Assembly (NCBI GenBank): GCA_030754595.1
Contig: JASLZZ010000105.1
Span: forward strand, 1-22,854
DNA from: Nitrospinota bacterium
Lineage (GTDB): Bacteria; UBA8248
Direction: 5' to 3'
DNA: 22,854 bases
The notes under the pieces are model-generated. The model was not told the origin of the DNA and did not search any database. It saw only the letters and a list, made by a program, of their open reading frames with translations. The position numbers and the translations under genes were made by a program. Of this stretch, positions 15,996-22,854 are shown piece by piece (positions within the stretch are counted from its first letter, which is position 1; each line of letters opens with the position of its first letter).

Positions 15996-16667
15996 CTATT
16001 TCTCCACCCGGTATTTGAGGAATATTTCCTCCCCCTCGCGGCGGACATCCTCAAGTTTCAGGCGCATGAACCGGGCCGCCTGGAACCCCGAACCGTCCAG
16101 GAGGGTGGGCGCTCCGGCGCCGCCCGCGAGGAGGGGCGTCACGGTGACGTGCAGGGCATCCACCAACCCCGCCTCGGCGAACAACCAGTGGACCCCGCCG
16201 CCGCCCTCGAGGAGAATCCGCTCAAACCCCCTCCCGGCCAAAAAATCCACGATATCGGCGGCCGCGAGTTCCCGCTCACCGAGGGCGGCGACCTCGGCCC
16301 GGTCCCGCGCCGCCTCCGAGGACGCACCGGCCGCCCCCTCGTGGGTGAGGATCAACCTCGTGGTCTCATTCGAATCGAACCACGACATCGTTCCGGGGAT
16401 TTGTCCGGTCGAGGTGACGACCGCGTTCGCGGGCTGGGGGGGGAGTCCTCTTTCCTCGCGGGAGGCGGTGAGACCCTGATCGCGCACGAGAGCGGGGCAC
16501 CGGGCCTGGCGGAGGGTCTCCCCTCCCCAAACGATGACATCGGCCTCGGCCCGCAGCCGGTCCATTTCCCGGCGATCGGCTTCCGTTCCCAAGGAAACCC
16601 GTTCGCCAAAGGCGCCGGCGATCTTGCCGTCCAGGGTGATCGCCATATTGACGAATACGTGAGCCAA
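15996..16667 (-). CDS. RibD C-terminal domain / dihydrofolate reductase family protein
   Basis: NMAITLDGKIA, LRAEADVIVWGGETLR, ILLEGGG and LVDALHVTVTPLLAGG. Confidence 0.9.
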   Translation of the reverse strand: MAHVFVNMAITLDGKIAGAFGERVSLGTEADRREMDRLRAEADVIVWGGETLRQARCPALVRDQGLTASREERGLPPQPANAVVTSTGQIPGTMSWFDSNETTRLILTHEGAAGASSEAARDRAEVAALGERELAAADIVDFLAGRGFERILLEGGGGVHWLFAEAGLVDALHVTVTPLLAGGAGAPTLLDGSGFQAARFMRLKLEDVRREGEEIFLKYRVEK

Positions 16668-16797
16668 CTCTCTTCCCCTTGTTCTCGCGGCGCGGCGCGA
16701 CTAAAATCCAAGGTACTTTGCCGGATAATGAAGCGCACGGGAAGCGCCGGAAAATTGAGGCGATAGCGGCCGCACGAACCCCAAGGAGCGATTTTCG

Positions 16798-17448
16798 ATG
16801 GGCGAATTCGATCAGAGGGTGGACCTCCCCGAGTTGACCTTCCAAAAGCTCAACATCGGCCCCTACAGCAACAACGTCTATGTCTTGACCTGCAAGGCGA
16901 CCAAAGAGTGCGTCATCATCGACACATCCTATTCCGCGGAGCCGATACTGGCCGCCTGCGAAGGCGCGGTCCCCAAATATATCCTTCAGACCCATTGCCA
17001 CGGGGATCATATCGACGCCCTCGACGAGGTGCGCAAGCGAACCGGCGCCCCGATGGGCCAGCACCCCGAGGACGCCAAGGAATTCGGGACCCGGCCCGAT
17101 TTCCAGATCAACGACGGAGATGCCGTTTCATTCGGCCGGATATCGCTCCGGGCCATCCACACGCCGGGCCATTGCCGGGGGATGCTGATGTTTCTCTTTC
17201 CGGGCCACTGCGTGTGCGGCGACACGATCTTTCCCGGTGGACCGGGCAAAACCTGGAACCACGATCAGCTTCTTCAATCCATCGACACCATCAAGAATAA
17301 GGTGCTCACACTTCCGGACGAGACGGTGCTTTATCCGGGGCACGGCGCCAATTCCACGGTCGCGGCCAGCAAAAAAGAGGTCGCCGCCTTCGAAGCGGCG
17401 GGGAGGCCGAACGCCGGAGAGTTCGGGGATGTCACCTGGGACGGGTAG
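16798..17448 (+). CDS. MBL fold metallo-hydrolase (glyoxalase II-like)
   Basis: THCHGDH, HTPGH, GDTIFPGGPG and LYPGHG. AAGGAG RBS. Confidence 0.92.
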   Translation: MGEFDQRVDLPELTFQKLNIGPYSNNVYVLTCKATKECVIIDTSYSAEPILAACEGAVPKYILQTHCHGDHIDALDEVRKRTGAPMGQHPEDAKEFGTRPDFQINDGDAVSFGRISLRAIHTPGHCRGMLMFLFPGHCVCGDTIFPGGPGKTWNHDQLLQSIDTIKNKVLTLPDETVLYPGHGANSTVAASKKEVAAFEAAGRPNAGEFGDVTWDG

Positions 17449-17467
17449 CCAGAAAAGGAGCGTTTAA

Positions 17468-17860
17468 ATGAACAGCGATAACATCTCATTCGACCATGTT
17501 CATCTCGTCTGCAGGGACCCCAAAACGGTCGCCCAGTGGTTCGTCGATAAGCTCGGCGGCAAGATGGGGAACAACTACGAAATCCACGGCGCCCCCCAGA
17601 TTCATATCGCCTTCGAGGGCGCCACTGTCATCATCCGGGGCCAGCGGACCGGGGAGAGCGCCGGAGACAAGAGCGGCCTCCAGTACGGGACGGATCATTT
17701 CGCCTTCCGAGTGAAGCAGAATTTCGATGCCTACTGCGCCGAACTCAAGAAAAACGGGGTGAAATTCACGGTGGAGCCCGCCCAGTTCAACCCCACCACC
17801 AAGATCGCATTCATCGAAACGCCCGAAGGGATTTCCATCGAAATCCTTTACAAGGCGTGA
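17468..17860 (+). CDS. VOC family protein
   Basis: FDHVHL...GTDHFAFRV...AFIETPEGISIEI. AAGGAG RBS, 19 bp after the MBL gene. Confidence 0.9.
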   Translation: MNSDNISFDHVHLVCRDPKTVAQWFVDKLGGKMGNNYEIHGAPQIHIAFEGATVIIRGQRTGESAGDKSGLQYGTDHFAFRVKQNFDAYCAELKKNGVKFTVEPAQFNPTTKIAFIETPEGISIEILYKA

Positions 17861-17951
17861 TGGGGCAATCCCGGAAATCGGGGAGAACGATGGAAAGGGC
17901 CACTGCTCTCCAAAATAATGAAGAATCGGAAAACAACCGCGGCCGCCCGCC

Positions 17952-18380
17952 TCAGTCCTTCAGCGGATCGCGCGGATCGTCAACAAAAGTGGTTCCCGCG
18001 GCCTCTTTGTTGGGCATGGCGCCGTAGGTGAAGATCAACTCGGCGACCTCGGCCTGGCTCGGGTTCTCCTGGCCGTGGATGCAGGTCTGGGGGAAGTACA
18101 CGAAATGGCCCTGGGGTATTTCCTTGCGGACGATTTCTTCTCCGTCCTTGTAGTAGATGTTGATCGGGCCTTTTACGACGTAAATCGTGGTGTCGCAGTT
18201 CTTGTGGTAATGCAGCCCGTTTCGCCCCCGGGGCGGGATAATCGTCCTTCCCATGGTGATGGAGTCTGTTCCCGTCGTCTCTCGGTTCACCCCCCACCGA
18301 ATCGCGTAGGGAGGCTCATAGGCCTTGTCTTCATCCACATCGAGAGAGTTGACGACCTGGGGAATCGGCAAATCCGCCAT
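17952..18380 (-). CDS. Cupin domain protein
   Basis: PPRGRNGLHYHKNCDTTIYVVKG and FPQTCIHGQENPS. AAGGAG RBS. Confidence 0.88.
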   Translation of the reverse strand: MADLPIPQVVNSLDVDEDKAYEPPYAIRWGVNRETTGTDSITMGRTIIPPRGRNGLHYHKNCDTTIYVVKGPINIYYKDGEEIVRKEIPQGHFVYFPQTCIHGQENPSQAEVAELIFTYGAMPNKEAAGTTFVDDPRDPLKD

Positions 18381-18587
18381 TTCTGTAGCTCCTTAACGAG
18401 GAAAAAAGGGATTTTATCCTAAGACATCGAGAACCGGGGTTCAAGATAACGCGACAGCCCCCGGACCGGAGGCCCCCGACCGGCGCCCGTCGTCAGGGGC
18501 CCGGCGAAATTTCAGCCATAGAAAGCACCCCGGATAATATGAGATAATCCCTATGGTCGACCTTGGCCTGTTCAAACCGGCCGGCAA

Positions 18588-20993
18588 TTGGGAGAAAATC
18601 TCTTGCGATTACCGAATTTCCTGAAAATCAGCTTCAACAGCCAGACGGTGGGGTTCATCCTCACCGCCTTCATGCTCTCCATCTACTACTTTCAACCCCC
18701 TTTAATCAGCGACATCGTAGAGCGGATCGAACTCGTCGCATCCGATATGCGCTTTCTTGTCCGGGGACCGAAAAAACCCGGCAACGAAGTGGTCATCGCC
18801 GCCATCGACGAGAAAAGCATCGACCAACTCGGCAGGTGGCCGTGGCCGTACACGGTTCAGGCCAAACTGGTGAACCGGCTCAAATCCTACCGCGCGCGCG
18901 TTATCACCTACGACGTGGTTTTCTCCTCCTCGGACACCAGCGGCGGAATCGATAATCTCAAACTTATAAAGAGCAAGATGGAAGCCGAGGGGATCGGCCA
19001 GGACTCCCAAACCGCCACCTACCTCGGCCGCGCCATCAAGGAGGCCGACCACGACTCCATTTTCGCCCGGGCGCTGAAACGCTCGCGCCGGACTATTTTG
19101 GGATATTTCTTTCAGTTTGATGCGTCGAACATCGCGCACCTCAACCAAAGCCAGATGAAGCAATACCTCTCCAACATCCGAAATTCAAAATACAGCGCGA
19201 TCAAAAAGTCTCCCGGAGTAACGCTCAAGGATATCTACCTTCCTCGGGCGCTTGCGGTCGAGTCGAATATCGACCAACTCTCGAGCGCGGCGAGGGGCGG
19301 TGCATTTTTCAGCATGGTCCCGGACATTGACGGCGCCATCCGCCGCTATCCCCTCATTGTACAGTACCGGGATCTTGTCGAAGTTCCGGGAGAGCAAGAC
19401 TATCTTTTCGCCCCGATCGCCGTGCGAACACTCGAACGCTTCATTCGGGGAACCACCATCTTCTGGATCTACCCGGGGGGAGTGGACAAGGTCGCCATAT
19501 CGGGAAGAAAGAAGATCATCATCCCGACCAACTCGAAGGGAGAGATGTACATCAACTACCTGGGGGCGTCGGGAACTTTTCCGCAATACTCCATCGTCGA
19601 TATCGTGAACGGCCGGAAAGACCTCGCCCCGCCTTCGGCCTTCAAGCGAAAAATGGTCCTCGTCGGACCAACGGCCATCGCACTGGCCGACCTGCGGGTG
19701 ACCCCTTTCGACAAGGCGATACCGGGGGTGAACATCCATGCCACCGTCATCGACAATATGCTTCGGAGCGAATTCCTCGAGAAACCTTGGTGGGCGGAAA
19801 TTTTCCTGAGTTCCCTTATTTTCAAGGTCAATTTGCCCCTCATCGGCGAAACCGATGTTCCCGTTCCATTCATGGGCTACACCGCGGTCAACATCCTCGT
19901 ACTCGGGCTGTTGGGAACATTCCTCCTCCCCAGGTTAGGCGCAATCACCGGCGGGATCGGGGCGATCATCGTGCTTCTCTCCTCCATCTCCTTGAATCAA
20001 TTCCTATTCATCAAAAACGGATGGTGGCTCAACGTTTCCTACCCCATACTGACAATCTTGTTCGTCTATGCCGGCATGACGATATTCCACTACATGATCG
20101 AGCAGCGGGACAAACGGTTTATCCAATCCGCTTTCGGAACCTATCTGTCTCCGAAGGTTGTCGACCAGCTTGTCGAAAACCCCGATTTCCTGAAACTCGG
20201 CGGCGAGCGGAAGGAAATCACCGCGTTTTTCTCGGACGTCGCCGGGTTCACCTCCATCTCCGAGTCCATGAGCCCCGAGGAACTGGTCCAGCTCCTCAAC
20301 GAATATCTTTCGGAGATGACGAAAATCATCCTCGACTACGATGGCACGGTGGACAAATACGAAGGTGACGCCATCATCGCCTTTTTCGGCGCTCCTAATC
20401 CGATGCCCGACCACGCTGCCCGGTGCGCGCTCGTGGCGATCGAAATGCAAAAAAGGATGGTCGAACTCCGCGAGGAGTGGAAAGCGCGGAACATGAGGGA
20501 ACTCTTCGTCCGAATCGGTTTGAACACAGGCCCCGCGGTCGTCGGCAACATGGGCTCAAACACCCGAATGGATTACACCATGATGGGCGACACGGTGAAC
20601 TCGGCCGCCCGGTTCGAGGGGGCCAACAAGGAATACGGAAGCTATATCATGATCGGAGAGGGCACCTACGAAGGCGCGAAGGACGTCGTCGAAGCGCGTA
20701 AACTGGACATGATCAACGTGGTGGGAAAATCGGAGCCCGTCAATATCTACGAACTGCTCGCTAAAAAAGGAGAACTCGACCCGGACAAAGCGAAAGTTAT
20801 CGAGCATTATCATCAAGGCTTTGAATTGTATCTGGAGCGGCAGTTTGCCGAAGCGATGGGGGTTTTCGCCCAAGGTCTCGTAGCCGACAAGGAAGACAGC
20901 CCCTCTAAGACCATGATCAAGCGCTGCGAATACTATATGCTCGATCCCCCGCCGAAAGACTGGAACGGGGCCTATGTCATGACGTCGAAATAA
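18588..20993 (+). CDS. CHASE2-domain class III adenylate cyclase
   Basis: CHASE2 motifs IDEKSIDQLGRWPW, DIDGAIRR and PGVNIHA. TM helices follow. Cyclase motifs FSDVAGFT, DKYEGD (Lys) and DYTMMGDTVNSAARFEG (Asp) give the ATP-specifying pair. Start uncertain (TTG). Confidence 0.93.
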   Translation: MGENLLRLPNFLKISFNSQTVGFILTAFMLSIYYFQPPLISDIVERIELVASDMRFLVRGPKKPGNEVVIAAIDEKSIDQLGRWPWPYTVQAKLVNRLKSYRARVITYDVVFSSSDTSGGIDNLKLIKSKMEAEGIGQDSQTATYLGRAIKEADHDSIFARALKRSRRTILGYFFQFDASNIAHLNQSQMKQYLSNIRNSKYSAIKKSPGVTLKDIYLPRALAVESNIDQLSSAARGGAFFSMVPDIDGAIRRYPLIVQYRDLVEVPGEQDYLFAPIAVRTLERFIRGTTIFWIYPGGVDKVAISGRKKIIIPTNSKGEMYINYLGASGTFPQYSIVDIVNGRKDLAPPSAFKRKMVLVGPTAIALADLRVTPFDKAIPGVNIHATVIDNMLRSEFLEKPWWAEIFLSSLIFKVNLPLIGETDVPVPFMGYTAVNILVLGLLGTFLLPRLGAITGGIGAIIVLLSSISLNQFLFIKNGWWLNVSYPILTILFVYAGMTIFHYMIEQRDKRFIQSAFGTYLSPKVVDQLVENPDFLKLGGERKEITAFFSDVAGFTSISESMSPEELVQLLNEYLSEMTKIILDYDGTVDKYEGDAIIAFFGAPNPMPDHAARCALVAIEMQKRMVELREEWKARNMRELFVRIGLNTGPAVVGNMGSNTRMDYTMMGDTVNSAARFEGANKEYGSYIMIGEGTYEGAKDVVEARKLDMINVVGKSEPVNIYELLAKKGELDPDKAKVIEHYHQGFELYLERQFAEAMGVFAQGLVADKEDSPSKTMIKRCEYYMLDPPPKDWNGAYVMTSK

Positions 20994-21005
20994 CCCCGGA
21001 GCCGG

Positions 21006-21045
21006 ATTCCCTCCCCAATAAGGGGAGAATTGACCCCTCATTATT
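21006..21045. other. Hairpin-forming intergenic segment between convergent genes (possible terminator)
   Basis: CTCCCC-AATAA-GGGGAG, with an alternative pairing of AATAAGGGG with CCCCTCATTATT. Confidence 0.4.
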
Positions 21046-21049
21046 CGGG

Positions 21050-22279
21050 CTAAGCGCCGCCCTCGGGCGGAGCGGTCCAATCCACCACCCCCTTCTCACG
21101 GAGAGAGAGTAGCTCCGTCTCGCGGATTCCCGCTAACTCGGCCAAAACCTCGGCGGTGTGCTCGCCCATGTAGGGCGCCCGCTCCGCCCGGACCTCCGCG
21201 CCTGGAAACTTAATCGGACACCCGACCTCCCGGATCGTCCCGGCGACGGGATGCTCCACCTCGACGATCATCTCCCTGGCCAGGACCTGAGGGTCCTCGA
21301 GCGCCTCGGCCACCGTATTCACTGGCGCGAAGGGGACATGTCCCTGGAGCAGGACGGCCCATTCGGAGGTGGTTTTTTTTTCGATCTCGGCGCTGAGGAT
21401 TTCGCTGAGTTCGACGCGATTGTCGAACCGATCTTGAAGAGTCCGGAACCGGGGATCGTCGGCCAGATCGGGCCGCCCCATTTTCTCGACGAGTATCGGA
21501 TAGAATTTATGCTTTAGGCAGGAGATATAAATCCAGCCGTTTTTCGTCCGAAAAACCTGGGAGGGGACGATTGAGGCGTGGGCGCTGTGGGCCAGCTTGG
21601 TCGGCTCGAACCCGCAGTTCATGACCCAGGAGGCCTGGTAGGCGAGTTGGGCGGTGGCGCCGTCCATGAGAGCGACATCCACATCACGTCCCTTTCCGGT
21701 CCGCTCGGCCCCCCATAAGGCGGCCAGCATGCCCGCCACCGAGAGGAAGCCTCCCGAATAGTCCACGAAGCTGACGCCCGCCTTTGTAGGCGGCCCGTCC
21801 GGCTCACCGGCCATGCTCATGATTCCCGTGTAGGCCTGCATCAGAAAGTCGTAGGCGGGCTCGGGCGAGCGCGGCCCGGTCGCCCCGAACCCGGAGAGAA
21901 AACAACAAACGATCTTCTCGTTGAGCGGGGCTAGGTGCTTATAGGTGAAGCCGAGCTTTTCGGGCCAGGTCCCCTTTCCGTTGACAAAAACGATGTCGGC
22001 CTTGGGAACCATGCTCCGGAAGATCGCTTGGCCCTCGGACGAGCGGACATCGAGAGCGACGCTTTTCTTGTTCCGGTTGAAACCCTGGAAGTAGTAGCTG
22101 TCGTTGTTCGGGAGAAGGTAGGGGGGAACGGGCCTCGACGAGTCGCCGCCAGCCTTGAAATTCTCGATCTTGATGATCTCGGCCCCCATGTCCGCCAACA
22201 ACATGGTGCCGACGGGCCCCGCGCCGAACTGTTCGACGGCAAGGACCCTGAGACCCTCCAGGGGTCTGGAAGCATTCAT
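21050..22279 (-). CDS. CaiB/BaiF family (class III) CoA-transferase
   Basis: PLEGLRVL, AGP, LADMGAEIIKIE, NRNKKSVALD, SGFGATGP, FVDYSGG (catalytic Asp region) and APYMGEHT. Confidence 0.95.
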   Translation of the reverse strand: MNASRPLEGLRVLAVEQFGAGPVGTMLLADMGAEIIKIENFKAGGDSSRPVPPYLLPNNDSYYFQGFNRNKKSVALDVRSSEGQAIFRSMVPKADIVFVNGKGTWPEKLGFTYKHLAPLNEKIVCCFLSGFGATGPRSPEPAYDFLMQAYTGIMSMAGEPDGPPTKAGVSFVDYSGGFLSVAGMLAALWGAERTGKGRDVDVALMDGATAQLAYQASWVMNCGFEPTKLAHSAHASIVPSQVFRTKNGWIYISCLKHKFYPILVEKMGRPDLADDPRFRTLQDRFDNRVELSEILSAEIEKKTTSEWAVLLQGHVPFAPVNTVAEALEDPQVLAREMIVEVEHPVAGTIREVGCPIKFPGAEVRAERAPYMGEHTAEVLAELAGIRETELLSLREKGVVDWTAPPEGGA

Positions 22280-22549
22280 CGGACTCTCCCCTCTTTTATC
22301 GGGTCGAAATCATCCGGAAGAGCCGGGTCGGCTCTCGATTCCGAGCGATTCCGGGCAATGGCGAGGCCGCCCCCAAAAAATAGTGAAAAATTTAGGCGAA
22401 ATTCCCGTTTTTCGTATTCGAGTGGTTTTCATAAAACCCACTTCTTGATAGATTAAACGTAAGTCAGAATAAATTCACTAGCGGCCAGATCTCCAATCAG
22501 TCTCGCATTTGTGAGGTTTTTTTTAAACCAAGTCAGGAAAAAACTGCCT

Positions 22550-22854
22550 ATGACTACGAAAATTGAAATCAAGAATCTGCGTAAGGTCTACGATACCCCG
22601 GAGCGTAAAGTCCACGCCCTCGAGGATATCAACATCAATATCGAAGACGGCGAGTTTCTGTGCCTCGTGGGGCTCTCGGGGTGCGGAAAGACCACCCTGC
22701 TGAACATCTTGGCCGGCTTCGTCGAGATCACGGCCGGCACCGTCAACATGGACGGCAAGCCCATCACGGACGAATACGACAAGGGCGTCGTGTTCCAGGA
22801 GTACGCGCTGTTTCCCTGGCTCACCGCTATCCAGAACGTCGAGTACGGCATGAA
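22550..22854 (+). CDS. ABC transporter ATP-binding protein, NitT/TauT type (partial, runs off window)
   Basis: MTTKIEIKNLRKVY...GEFLCLVGLSGCGKTTLLNILAGF (Walker A)...GVVFQEYALFPWLTAIQNVEYGM. Absent from the ORF track because there is no stop in the window. Confidence 0.92.
   Translation, partial: MTTKIEIKNLRKVYDTPERKVHALEDININIEDGEFLCLVGLSGCGKTTLLNILAGFVEITAGTVNMDGKPITDEYDKGVVFQEYALFPWLTAIQNVEYGM

Noticed and set aside
17858..17900. Sec read-through at other TGA stops (VOC 17860, small ORF 700, Mo subunit 3652)
   Set aside because: The VOC and Mo-subunit domains are complete at these stops and none of the stops sits in a Cys motif. The small ORF's TGA is immediately followed by TAG.
22588..22851. 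87-aa minus-strand ORF
   Set aside because: It is the antisense shadow of the ABC ATPase on the plus strand.

Overview
This is a GC-rich bacterial chromosomal window. The first ~600 bp are the right border of an integrated element. They contain the end of an IS21-family istB with its terminal repeats, inserted into a tyrosine integrase (only the catalytic C-terminal 72 codons remain). Next come arm-type repeats, an IHF consensus site and a duplicated 3' half of tRNA-Ala with its terminator (att site). The rest is host metabolic and signalling DNA: a small orphan ORF, a REC/HD-GYP phosphodiesterase, and a long minus-strand run (RND adaptor, RND permease, Zn-dependent dehydrogenase, queF, xanthine-dehydrogenase-family Mo subunit, CMD/AhpD-family protein, cupin). 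Further on are two MBL-fold hydrolases, two VOC proteins, a TPP-dependent E1 alpha/beta pair without E2/E3, a RibD-C reductase, a second cupin, a CHASE2 adenylate cyclase, a CaiB/BaiF CoA-transferase and the start of a NitT/TauT ABC ATPase. The top finding is that the two ORF-track pieces 3272..3613 and 2945..3220 form one reading frame. It is interrupted by an in-frame UGA at the catalytic Cys position of the AhpD/CMD motif (S-D-Y-U-A-G-H) and followed by a SECIS-like hairpin. This is a probable selenoprotein, closely linked to queF and an orphan molybdenum hydroxylase subunit. All calls come from reading motifs by eye; no searches were run.
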